From positions 1 to 38,217 of IMG/VR virus record IMGVR_UViG_3300043103_000226: 38,217 nucleotides of DNA. The stretch is one strand, 5' to 3'. The DNA comes from a virus. Lineage: Duplodnaviria > Caudoviricetes. Under the pieces are notes generated by a model that did no database searches, had not been told where the DNA came from, and was given only the letters and a program-made list of their open reading frames with translations. Positions 27,174 to 35,968 of this stretch are shown here, piece by piece. Position numbers and translations under genes: made by a program. Numbering within the stretch: position 1 is the stretch's first letter; each line of letters opens with the position of its first letter.

Positions 27174-27193
27174 GACACTGCTCTGACGGTATG
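27172..27193 (+). promoter_or_regulatory. late element TTGACA-N13-ATG
   Basis: TTGACA 27172-27177, ATG 27191. Confidence 0.7.
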
Positions 27194-27445
27194 ATGGCCA
27201 CCGTCACAGAAGACTCAGATCCTTATGAAACGCTCAACGGCTTCCGCCGATTTGTGATCGAGCAGGGTGACAGCCAGATCATCATGCAGGTGCGCCAGAT
27301 GGTGCGTGAATCCTGTGACGGTGAGATCCACCCAGTGGATGGATTCAGCCACAGCAATCAGGTGGTGAATAACCAGCAGCTGATCTACGCGCTCAATCAA
27401 CTCTCCGCCGCTGCGACAACCAGCCCCCGCCTCCAAAGCTTATGA
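27191..27445 (+). CDS. hypothetical protein (84 aa)
   Basis: starts at a TTGACA element; ATGA overlap downstream. Confidence 0.6.
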   Translation: MMATVTEDSDPYETLNGFRRFVIEQGDSQIIMQVRQMVRESCDGEIHPVDGFSHSNQVVNNQQLIYALNQLSAAATTSPRLQSL

Positions 27446-27774
27446 GCCTGAAAGCCCTTCAAGCTGCGATGGCCTTGCAGCAAAAAATCAAGGAAACCTG
27501 CTATTCTGGCAGCTTCCGCTGGGCTGGCATTATCTATCCAGCGGCGATCACTCGGGGGCCTGCCTCGCAGGTGGCTATGGCAGATGGGTCTGGCTTTCGC
27601 CTGGTGCAGATGCTGACGATCTCGGTGAAGAAAACTTGCTTAACCACTGCCCCACCTGATGGCGGTATCCTGACGATCAATGCTCAGTCCTGGCGCGTGG
27701 ATGGCGTGGATGGCTACGACTCGGGCGATCTTAACTGGCGCATCACGGCCACGCAGTTCTCTCAAAGCTCATGA
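27442..27774 (+). CDS. head closure/head-tail adaptor (gpFII-like)
   Basis: 110-aa beta-rich protein, LTINAQSWRVDGV; synteny. Confidence 0.6.
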   Translation: MSLKALQAAMALQQKIKETCYSGSFRWAGIIYPAAITRGPASQVAMADGSGFRLVQMLTISVKKTCLTTAPPDGGILTINAQSWRVDGVDGYDSGDLNWRITATQFSQSS

Positions 27775-28580
27775 TCATCACGGCCAAAATTGACGCCTCG
27801 CGGCTGCTGAAAGTTTTGGCACAGTTTCCCTCTCAAACGGCGGCTGAGCAAAACAAGCTGCTCAATGACAATGTGCGGCTGCTGATCAGCTCCTCGGGCA
27901 ATGTGCCAGGGCTGGTGCAGATCATTCCGCCGCATTCTGAGGGCGTCAGTGGCACGGCTGCTAAGAAGCAGGGTGAGGGTGCGGTGATGCGTGATCTGAG
28001 CCGCGTGTATGCTAATCCGGGCACGGTGTATGCTGCGATGAAGTCGATAGGGGCTGACGGGCCTGCTGCGGCTTATTGGGCGGCATGGAAGGTGAAGGAT
28101 GTCTCTAAGATGCAACGCATCGCCGATTCTGTGCCGAGTCTGCCGTCTCAATTCAAAAGGCATCGCAGCTTTGATGGCGGCTCGGAGCATGGGAAACGCC
28201 GCGGCCGGAATGGCCGCGTGAATGGCATCAAGCCCTCCTTTGTGGTGACTGATCCGGCTGCGCTGAAAGCGTATCGACGCCGCAAGATGAAGAACGTGGG
28301 TATGCTGGCCTCGGCAGTGCCTTCGGCTTACAGTGGCCGCTTCGGTGCGCTGCGTGGCGTGCCTGCCTGGGTGAAGCGTCACAGTGCCCCAGGTGGCTAT
28401 GTGCGTGAACAAAAAACCAGTGCGGGACGAGTGGTAAAGATCGGTATCACTAGCCGGGCGATCTCTGACATGCAACGGCGGTTTAATAAGGTCCTCGGAT
28501 ATCGCGTGGCAGCGATTCAGCGGCAGCTGCCTTTCCTTGCCCGTAGTTTAGAAAAAAAACTGGCTGCTGGTTTAACCTGA
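27771..28580 (+). CDS. neck/tail completion protein
   Basis: very basic 269 aa; synteny. Confidence 0.55.
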   Translation: MIITAKIDASRLLKVLAQFPSQTAAEQNKLLNDNVRLLISSSGNVPGLVQIIPPHSEGVSGTAAKKQGEGAVMRDLSRVYANPGTVYAAMKSIGADGPAAAYWAAWKVKDVSKMQRIADSVPSLPSQFKRHRSFDGGSEHGKRRGRNGRVNGIKPSFVVTDPAALKAYRRRKMKNVGMLASAVPSAYSGRFGALRGVPAWVKRHSAPGGYVREQKTSAGRVVKIGITSRAISDMQRRFNKVLGYRVAAIQRQLPFLARSLEKKLAAGLT

Positions 28581-28587
28581 TTTTCTT

Positions 28588-29049
28588 ATGCCTCCGAATA
28601 CTGAATCCCTCATCCCTCAATTGCTGGCCAATTACGTGCATTCACGGCGCGCTGATCTGAGTCTGCCTTCCTCCACGCTGCTGCCCTTTGTGGTGGGTCC
28701 GACGACAGCTGAGGCTACCTATCCACGGGTCATCTTCCTGACCTCAACGGTGGAGATGATGCACCCGAAACGCTTTAAGCTGACGATCCTGGTGGAGTTA
28801 CAAAATCACGAAAAAAGTGATCCGGTGCAGGAGAATACATGGACGGCCGGCATCCGCTACATCCTAGCAGATGTGCAGGCATTTAGCACGTATCTGCGCG
28901 GCCTGACTTTGGCCCAGCGCACTGGCTGGAACATGATCGGCTATCGGCTGGGTGAGAGTGATCTGAGCCTGATCACGGACTCAGCCACACGCACGCGCAG
29001 CACGGACGTGATCGTGACGGTGCGCTCAGACGAGTTGGCTCCAGATTGA
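28588..29049 (+). CDS. tail terminator-like protein
   Basis: 153 aa, TYPRVIF motif; synteny. Confidence 0.5.
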   Translation: MPPNTESLIPQLLANYVHSRRADLSLPSSTLLPFVVGPTTAEATYPRVIFLTSTVEMMHPKRFKLTILVELQNHEKSDPVQENTWTAGIRYILADVQAFSTYLRGLTLAQRTGWNMIGYRLGESDLSLITDSATRTRSTDVIVTVRSDELAPD

Positions 29050-29069
29050 CATCTTGGGGATTCTGTATG
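29046..29069 (+). promoter_or_regulatory. late element TTGACA-N13-G (ATG 2 nt further)
   Basis: TTGACA 29046-29051, ATG 29067. Confidence 0.6.
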
Positions 29070-29555
29070 CGCAAACTTACCCTTCTTCTGCTTACCGCTT
29101 TTGCCGTCGTTTCCCACGCGGCTGACCTCACCATCACCGCTGCCAATGTGGTGCCCTCCAACAATGCCGTGGTGCGCTATGCCACCGCCGGTGCCACCAT
29201 CGCCGCGGGTCAGCTGATCTATTTGGATGCAGCGGATGTGGATGTGAACAACTTTGGCAAGGCCAAGCTTTCTGATGCCAATGGAGCTGTGGCTCTGCGG
29301 GTGGTCGAAGGCATCGCGGTGAACTCGGCTTCTTCCGGTCAGCGCATCTCTTACGTTTCCCATGATCCGGCCTTGGTGATCGCAGCTTCCGGTCTGACGA
29401 CGAATATGGTGCTGATCAGCTCGGGCACTGCTGGTGGCATCGCCCCAGTGGCTGATCTGACCACGGGCTGGTTCCTGCACGCGGTGGCAGTGGTGAAGAA
29501 CGGCACAACCGTTTATTTCCGCGCGCCTGGTCTGGTTTCTAGTGCTGCTAACTAA
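29067..29555 (+). CDS. decoration/cement-like protein with N-terminal signal peptide
   Basis: MRKLTLLLLTAFAVVSHA then ADLTITAANV..AGATIAAGQLIY..GIAVNSA..GQ. Confidence 0.6.
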   Translation: MRKLTLLLLTAFAVVSHAADLTITAANVVPSNNAVVRYATAGATIAAGQLIYLDAADVDVNNFGKAKLSDANGAVALRVVEGIAVNSASSGQRISYVSHDPALVIAASGLTTNMVLISSGTAGGIAPVADLTTGWFLHAVAVVKNGTTVYFRAPGLVSSAAN

Positions 29556-29579
29556 ACGCTCATCTCCCTCACTCCTCTT

Positions 29580-29975
29580 ATGCCTGCTCCCACTCCTCTC
29601 ATCATTCACGGTTCGGCTGATTCTCTCAACGACTTGCTCGATGAGGAAAACCTCGACGTCGAAGATTTTAAAATCAAATTCAGCCGCCAGACACGTGACC
29701 GCACGAACCGCTTTGGCAACCTGCGCCGCCGCGAGTATTTTAACCCGATGACGGCCATCAGCTTCACGGCTTTCGTGGTGACGGCTGCAGGCCTCGCGGC
29801 TCAGCATCCCGGCACACGTGTGATCTCTCTGGCAAATTTCGCTGTGGAGAAACGTGGCTTTGATCCAGCTGTCGGCACCATGATGCTCGATGACGCTGAG
29901 GACAGCTACACGCTCACGGAAGATCTGAAGACTTCGATGAATATCACGCACGCACCGTTTGTGGTGACTGCGTAA
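29580..29975 (+). CDS. major tail tube protein (putative)
   Basis: 131 aa beta-rich, strong codon bias, upstream of the chaperone and TMP. Confidence 0.6.
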   Translation: MPAPTPLIIHGSADSLNDLLDEENLDVEDFKIKFSRQTRDRTNRFGNLRRREYFNPMTAISFTAFVVTAAGLAAQHPGTRVISLANFAVEKRGFDPAVGTMMLDDAEDSYTLTEDLKTSMNITHAPFVVTA

Positions 29976-29994
29976 AAATCCCGCCTTAGACATC

Positions 29995-30771
29995 ATGAAG
30001 AACACTGCCGCACCGGCTTACACACGCACCACCAGCGTGGAGCTGGCTGCGGCTTTGTCCGTTATCGGGGTGCAGGTGAAGCCTGATCTCAGTGAGGACC
30101 GCGTGAGTGGTAAACGCTGGGAAAGCCTGCTGGTCAGCCTAGACACGCTGCCAGATCCGCAGGGTGAGCAATTGCCCAGCCATCAGACGAAACTGGTGAT
30201 GGCCATGGTGCAGACTGGGCAACTGCAGGATGCCGATCCGCATCACCCGGTGCTGGATGCTCTGCGAGCCTGCAAGGCGGCAGATACGCTGATCGAGTGG
30301 ACTCGTAAGGCAAAGCCGCACCGCCAAATGAAAGTGAAGGGCGCACAGCGGTGGCTGCTGGCTGAGGGTCAGTTACCACCCAGCATGAGCAGCATGCCAG
30401 GTCTGCTGGGCACGCGTGACATCAAGCTAGCGGCGTCTCTGATTGTCCTGGGCTTTCAGCTGCTGCGGCTGGAGGGCTCCGCTCCTGAGGTGCTCTTTGT
30501 CTTTGGGCAGGCTTTATTTCTCCCAGCTGAATCTCCACAGATCCTGCGCACGGCTTACCGCAACGGCAGCTTGGCGGCGGAATCCCCTGAGCATCCGCTG
30601 CTGTGGATGATGCAGGCTCTGAGTAACCGTGAGGCCATCCGTGACATGTTGCGGAGCCGTCAGCCGCTGATTCTGATCCGCGCACCGAATACAGGCCGGG
30701 CCAGCCTAGTGTCCAGCAATGCCAAAGGAAAGACGATGGACCGCGTGAAACGCCACCTGCAAATCCCATGA
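29995..30771 (+). CDS. hypothetical protein with internal duplication
   Basis: TTSVELAAALSVIG..DPHHPVL and TRDIKLAASLIVLG..SPEHPLL. Confidence 0.65.
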   Translation: MKNTAAPAYTRTTSVELAAALSVIGVQVKPDLSEDRVSGKRWESLLVSLDTLPDPQGEQLPSHQTKLVMAMVQTGQLQDADPHHPVLDALRACKAADTLIEWTRKAKPHRQMKVKGAQRWLLAEGQLPPSMSSMPGLLGTRDIKLAASLIVLGFQLLRLEGSAPEVLFVFGQALFLPAESPQILRTAYRNGSLAAESPEHPLLWMMQALSNREAIRDMLRSRQPLILIRAPNTGRASLVSSNAKGKTMDRVKRHLQIP

Positions 30772-31373
30772 ACACCGAAGAAATTCCCCTGCACCCCTGC
30801 GACTCCATCGAGGTCGAAGAAGCTGCCCATCTCAACCTTGAGTCGAACGGCTTTAGCGTGCCTGCCTCTGCGCCGATCATGATGGATGATGATGTGCCTA
30901 CCGATGGCCAAGATAAGAAAACAGAAGTGGATGAGGCCTTTGCAGCCCGTCCATTTTTTTGGAAACTTTTTAAGTTAGCCCCGTTCGCCATCGATCGTGA
31001 AGGCGACTGGCTACGCCACCGCGTGATGCTGCAGGAACCATCTCTAGATGAGCTGATTCGTGAGCCAAATGCCATGATGGCTGATGTGGCCCGTGTGCTC
31101 TGGTTTCTCACGCATGAGCCTGAGGAATGGCTGGCACTGCCAAGCATGAAGCAGCTCGGTGAGGCTGAAGATTACCGCTGGGTGAAGCTTTCTGCCTTTG
31201 ATCGGGCCATGGTCTTAGAGCTAAAGATTCGAGCATGGTCCATCGAGCATATTCATCACAGTGAAGCCGTGCAGGCTTTGGCCTTGTTTTATGACATTTA
31301 CCAGCGCGCCCAGGCCACCCGCGCCACGTCCCGGCCAAACGCTCAGCACGATGCCTCACGCGAAAAAAAATAG
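30768..31373 (+). CDS. tail assembly chaperone (gpG-like)
   Basis: ends GAA AAA AAA TAG; upstream of the TMP. Confidence 0.75.
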   Translation: MNTEEIPLHPCDSIEVEEAAHLNLESNGFSVPASAPIMMDDDVPTDGQDKKTEVDEAFAARPFFWKLFKLAPFAIDREGDWLRHRVMLQEPSLDELIREPNAMMADVARVLWFLTHEPEEWLALPSMKQLGEAEDYRWVKLSAFDRAMVLELKIRAWSIEHIHHSEAVQALALFYDIYQRAQATRATSRPNAQHDASREKK

Positions 31374-31594
31374 CTCGGCCCTGCCTGAGTGCCACCTACG
31401 TGTCGCTTGTGTCCAGGGCCTGTCCTTCTCTCACCAATGAAGACTTCATCCGTTATCACTTACCGCAAGAACGCGGCTGGGCCTACATCCATGAGTATCT
31501 CCTATCACAAGGCGGCGACATGCGCTGGCCGCAGAGTCAAGACAACGCCGAAGGCCGCTGGTGGCAAAGAATCCTCAAAAGTTTGAAATCATGA
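31370..31594 (+). CDS. -1 frameshift extension (gpT-like; fusion ~275 aa)
   Basis: -1 frame is open from the A8 run: IARPCLSATYVSLVSRACP...LKS. Confidence 0.75.
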   Translation: MARPCLSATYVSLVSRACPSLTNEDFIRYHLPQERGWAYIHEYLLSQGGDMRWPQSQDNAEGRWWQRILKSLKS

Positions 31595-31836
31595 TCACAT
31601 CAGAAGCCTTTTACATTTTAGAGGCCTTTGGCTTTGAGTTTGTTGGCCCTGATAAAAAGCAGCGGGAAAACTGGGTTTATCTGGCAAAGACTGCCACGCA
31701 GGATGTGGTGATCTCTCTGCCGGAGAATGCCTGCACGGAGGAGCTGTTGGAGGCCATCGTGGCTACGGGCCGTGCGCAGAATCGTGAGAAGGTGAGGGAA
31801 GCGCATCAGCGGTGGCTTGAGACTTTCAAAGGCTAA
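31591..31836 (+). CDS. hypothetical protein (81 aa)
   Basis: ATGA overlap start at 31591. Confidence 0.6.
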   Translation: MITSEAFYILEAFGFEFVGPDKKQRENWVYLAKTATQDVVISLPENACTEELLEAIVATGRAQNREKVREAHQRWLETFKG

Positions 31837-31865
31837 AAGACGGCGCGGCTTGAGGTGGGTTCATT

Positions 31866-31893
31866 GTGTCAATGACACGCGCCGTTAAGTATG
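31866..31893 (+). promoter_or_regulatory. late element variant ATGACA-N13-ATG within palindrome GTGTCA-A-TGACAC
   Basis: ATGACA 31872-31877, ATG 31891. Confidence 0.55.
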
Positions 31894-33858
31894 GCGGCAG
31901 AAATTCAACTGGGGTGGAATAACAACCAATTACGCGCGGGAGCCGCTGGGGCCTCCGCCATTGTCAGCCGTGCTACGGCTGATATGAAAAAAAGCTTGGG
32001 TGACATTAGTTCCGGACTTGGGGCTGGGCTGGGCTTTGGCATCTTTGATACGGCTAAAAACATGATCGTTGGAGCCACGGGCGCGATCTATGAAGCCACC
32101 GTTACCGCCGACTCTCTACGCAATGGCATGACGGCACTAGAAGGTAGTGTGAGCTCCGCCAATCAGCGGCTCAATGAAATGCGCCAACTGGCCAAAGATC
32201 CAGGCCTTGGCTTTGAGCAGGTCGTGCGCGGAGACATCAGCCTGCGCAGTGTCGGCCTGAGTGCTGAGCTTTCCACCCGTGCGATGCGTGAGTTTGGCAA
32301 TGCGCTGACCGCTGTGGGTAAAGGCAAAGCCGATCTGGATGGCGTCTTGCTAGCCATCACTCAGATCGTTTCCAAAGGCAAAGTCAGTGCTGAGGAAATC
32401 AATCAGATCGCAGAGCGTGTGCCGCAGATCCGTAACGTGATGAAAGAAACTTTTGGCACAGCTGATACTGAAGCCCTCCAAAAGATGGGTCTTTCAGTCG
32501 AGAAATTTGTGGAGATGCTCGTTCAAGGTTTTGAAAATAATATTCCACGCGCCATTGCTGGCCTTCAGGGTAAAGTGGACAATTTCACTGATGCGGCCAC
32601 ATCGCGCCTTGGTGACTTTGGTGAGGGATTATCAAAAGGCTTTTTAGGCCCTTTATCGGATGCCACCAGTGTGTTGGAAAAAAGCACCGGAGAAAGTAAA
32701 GCTTTCGGTGAAGCTCTAGGTTCTATTGGCATGGCCTTTTATGAAGTCGGTAAATTATCCGCTACCGGCTGGAAAATCATGCTTGATGGCTTTGGTGAAT
32801 TCAGCACTAAGGTAGCCTTTGCGGGCTTGGAAATGGCAGGCTTTAAACGTATCGCCACCGAAACCAAAGAAGAAACGTTTCGCCTTAGGCTGGCGGAGCT
32901 TCAGGCAGGCTGGGCAGCTGATGATCTAGCCCGTTCTCAGCGTGAGGCTGAGGCCACCACCAAGAGACTTTCGCAGGCTCGTGAAGAAGCGGCCCGACGC
33001 GCCAATGAGCAGGCCATGGCCGAGGCTAAGCTCACGGCGGAGATCATCAAAAACACCAATGCGTCACGTGACAATTTCATGTCGGAGCGCGGCAAGACAG
33101 CAGACCTTTACCTAACGGATCAAGAAAAACTTGAAAGGGTCAAAGAACGCATCGCCAAGATTGATGCGGACATCAATAAAACTGTCGGCCAAACAGGTGG
33201 CGAAGAGATCACCTACAAACTCATGGCGGCCCGTGAGCAGGCCATGCAGGAAATTTTGCAACTTAGCAAATCCATCGCCGCTGAAAATGAGCGTGCCGCT
33301 GCGACGGATACCAAAAGCCTGCGCTCATCGGCTGAAAAAGTCGCCACGAAAGAACGCTCTCTGCAGCTGCTGGACCTGGAGCTAAGCATCCTGCAAGCGC
33401 AGGCCAAGGGTCAGGATGAAAAGGCCCGTCGCTTACAGGAAGAAGCGGAGATCATTGAGACGACAGCTCGCCTGGTCTCTGAATTAGGGCTGTCCTACGA
33501 AGATGCTGCTCAAAAGGCTACGCAACTGGTGAAGGCCCGTGCTGCAGCAGAATCCCGCCAATCGGGCCGTGATGAAAATGGCCGATCTAAAATCCAAGGC
33601 TATTCCCAAGAGCAAGGCGGCCGCGAGGATGCTCGGGGACGCGCGCAAATGCGGACGAATGAAGCGCGTCAAAACTATGATGATTCCATTCAAAAATTCT
33701 TTGGCAATACCTCGCGCACCGACACCCGCGGCCTGTCTGCTGGCGCGAGGATTCCCGCAGCGGAGACGGCTAAGGATGGCGGCATGACTGAGCTGACCTC
33801 GGCCTTTGACGCCTTTGCTACTAAGACAACAGAAATTTTTGAACGTGCCCTGAACTAG
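31891..33858 (+). CDS. tape measure protein (655 aa)
   Basis: AITQIVSKGKVSAEEINQIAERVP tape-measure domain, long Ala/Glu helical region. Confidence 0.9.
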   Translation: MAAEIQLGWNNNQLRAGAAGASAIVSRATADMKKSLGDISSGLGAGLGFGIFDTAKNMIVGATGAIYEATVTADSLRNGMTALEGSVSSANQRLNEMRQLAKDPGLGFEQVVRGDISLRSVGLSAELSTRAMREFGNALTAVGKGKADLDGVLLAITQIVSKGKVSAEEINQIAERVPQIRNVMKETFGTADTEALQKMGLSVEKFVEMLVQGFENNIPRAIAGLQGKVDNFTDAATSRLGDFGEGLSKGFLGPLSDATSVLEKSTGESKAFGEALGSIGMAFYEVGKLSATGWKIMLDGFGEFSTKVAFAGLEMAGFKRIATETKEETFRLRLAELQAGWAADDLARSQREAEATTKRLSQAREEAARRANEQAMAEAKLTAEIIKNTNASRDNFMSERGKTADLYLTDQEKLERVKERIAKIDADINKTVGQTGGEEITYKLMAAREQAMQEILQLSKSIAAENERAAATDTKSLRSSAEKVATKERSLQLLDLELSILQAQAKGQDEKARRLQEEAEIIETTARLVSELGLSYEDAAQKATQLVKARAAAESRQSGRDENGRSKIQGYSQEQGGREDARGRAQMRTNEARQNYDDSIQKFFGNTSRTDTRGLSAGARIPAAETAKDGGMTELTSAFDAFATKTTEIFERALN

Positions 33859-33859
33859 T

Positions 33860-34732
33860 ATGCCTTTACCTCCCCAAGTGATTTCCTTCGGTGCTCTGGA
33901 AGAGCAGATCGGTGGCCTGAGATGGCGGCTCCGGCCTAATGATTTTGATTCCTGCTTTTACAGCGTGGATTCTACCAATGAAGCCTTTGTGAGCCCCGGC
34001 GCGGCCATGCCGGGCTACCCGATCATGCGGGCTGTGGATGTGGCGGCCAATCAATTGGGTGATGTGTGGGTCTTTGATGCGGAATACAAAGGCTTTAAGT
34101 CTGCGGCAGAAACATGGCGGCTTTTTCAATCCTCAGAAAATTCACCTTCAGAAGGCTTTGATAACATCAGCATGGTCATCGGCACGCGCACGCCTGATGA
34201 TCCGATCTTTGCCCGGGGTGAGCTTTCACCTTTGGCTGGGCCGCATCCGCAGATGTATATCATGGATGTGGCCAAGGAGCCGACGGAGATCGCCGGATAC
34301 ACGATGATGAACTTGCAGCTGCGTGGCCAGATCGGCAATAAGCCCTACACGCGCCGCATCAACACTGCCACCCAGACCTTTTCACCTTCGGCTCCATGGA
34401 CTGCGGCGGATCAGATCAATGGCAACGGTGACCCGATTTACGGATGGACTGCGGAGGGTGCTCAGCCTGCTGAATTCACGATCCCACGGACGACTCTGAC
34501 TGACAGCTTTGTGACCATCACTGAGCCGCCGTTCAATGGCATCCCTGGCAACGTGCTGCCGGAAAATCGGCCTCTACTCACTGAGTTCACTTTTTGGACC
34601 TCCGGCGGCTACCGTTACCACTGGCCCTATGGCTGGCGGAGAGCCAGCATCAGCTCAGAGCAGCTGCCCGGCAGGAATGTGTGGTTTGTCAGCATCACCT
34701 ATGAAGCCCAACAAAAAATCCTCCCTGAATAA
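33860..34732 (+). CDS. distal tail / tail tip protein (putative)
   Basis: 290 aa immediately after the TMP. Confidence 0.55.
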   Translation: MPLPPQVISFGALEEQIGGLRWRLRPNDFDSCFYSVDSTNEAFVSPGAAMPGYPIMRAVDVAANQLGDVWVFDAEYKGFKSAAETWRLFQSSENSPSEGFDNISMVIGTRTPDDPIFARGELSPLAGPHPQMYIMDVAKEPTEIAGYTMMNLQLRGQIGNKPYTRRINTATQTFSPSAPWTAADQINGNGDPIYGWTAEGAQPAEFTIPRTTLTDSFVTITEPPFNGIPGNVLPENRPLLTEFTFWTSGGYRYHWPYGWRRASISSEQLPGRNVWFVSITYEAQQKILPE

Positions 34733-34955
34733 TCCTGAGCTAACTGCAGCTCTGCCGCCGATCTCGGCCCAGATGCAGGCATTCATGGAGAAAAGCTTCA
34801 CGCCGCACCCTGGCCGGTGGTTTTATCACCTCGACCAATTTCAGGCAGACATTGATTCGCAACTCTTGGTTCGCGGATTGGTGGAGCGTGAAGAGGTCGA
34901 GTTGAAAGGTCTAAAGCTCCATCGTTATCGATTGGCTGAATCCATCCCTGAATGA
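34701..34955 (+). CDS. small hypothetical protein
   Basis: start uncertain (34701 or 34773); ATGA overlap with collagen A. Confidence 0.5.
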   Translation: MKPNKKSSLNNPELTAALPPISAQMQAFMEKSFTPHPGRWFYHLDQFQADIDSQLLVRGLVEREEVELKGLKLHRYRLAESIPE

Positions 34956-35968
34956 TCCAGAAGCGGCCAGTCTATCGCCTAAGAGCTCAGCGTGGCATTG
35001 CTACGCTGCGCATGATGCGTGACTTTGCTGCGTGGTTAGGCCCACGGCTCAGCGCGCCTTTCGACATCCATTTTAACGGTGAGAGATCCCGCGGCGAAAA
35101 CACGTCTAACCTGACGACGATCGATCACCATTTAGCCAGTGGCAGTGGTGGGCCTGTGGGGCCGACGGGTGATCCCGGTGCACCGGGTCCTGATGGGCCG
35201 CCCGGAAGTGCGGGAAGTCCAGGCACACCAGGCGCAGCGGGCACACCAGGCACACCGGCACCACCTGTGGGACCTAAGGGCAGGAAAGGCCAAAAAGGTA
35301 GCAAAGGCGGCGTGGGTGAGCGCGGAGATCCCGGCCCAGCCGGTGAGCGCGGAGATCGCGGAGATGTAGGGCCTGTGGGTGCATCCCTGCCCGGTTTGCC
35401 GGGCCCACCGGGGCCACCGGGAAGTATTTATTATGAGGGTGAACCGGGGCCCCCTGGGGCACCGGGGCCAAACGGTTTACCGGGACCAGCGGGGCCACCG
35501 GGGCCACCCGGAGAGCGTGGGCCATCCGCCATCACACCCGGCGGCCCAGGGGAACCCGGCCCGCCCGGCCCTGAGGGGGCTACAGGTGATTTTGGAGACC
35601 CGACCAAGACGGCTATTCTGAACACGTCACTGGGCATCTTTGGCATGGCAGCGGTGGAGATGCCGGAGGCGCGCTTCCGTGAGCAGATCAAGGTAGTGCT
35701 TAAAAACCGCCCCGTGATCCATACCATTGATGCACGATTCCTCGGCAGCATCGAGCCCTGCTCTCTGCGCATTGTTTCCATCATCAGCACTAGCCCAGTG
35801 AAGGTGGAGCTTAAAGGCAGCCGCGTGCATGTCTCAGCCCAGTGCCATGCCGTGGCCACGATCATCGTCTCAGGCATTCGGCGTGGTTTTTTAAATCAAC
35901 GTTTCCCTAGATTCACCGCTGATCAAATGCACGCCAATGCTAACTTTTACCGGAGGGCTCACCGCTGA
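34952..35968 (+). CDS. collagen-like protein A (338 aa)
   Basis: ~47 Gly-X-Y triplets between N- and C-terminal domains shared with B and C. Confidence 0.9.
   Translation: MIQKRPVYRLRAQRGIATLRMMRDFAAWLGPRLSAPFDIHFNGERSRGENTSNLTTIDHHLASGSGGPVGPTGDPGAPGPDGPPGSAGSPGTPGAAGTPGTPAPPVGPKGRKGQKGSKGGVGERGDPGPAGERGDRGDVGPVGASLPGLPGPPGPPGSIYYEGEPGPPGAPGPNGLPGPAGPPGPPGERGPSAITPGGPGEPGPPGPEGATGDFGDPTKTAILNTSLGIFGMAAVEMPEARFREQIKVVLKNRPVIHTIDARFLGSIEPCSLRIVSIISTSPVKVELKGSRVHVSAQCHAVATIIVSGIRRGFLNQRFPRFTADQMHANANFYRRAHR

Noticed and set aside
753-29051. TTGACA sites as ordinary sigma70 -35 boxes
   Set aside because: No -10 hexamer at 16-18 nt, and that geometry would start transcription inside the ORFs
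24822-30005. Long - strand ORFs (24822-25832, 28941-30005 and similar)
   Set aside because: They overlap well-supported + strand structural genes in GC-rich, codon-biased DNA and show no motifs
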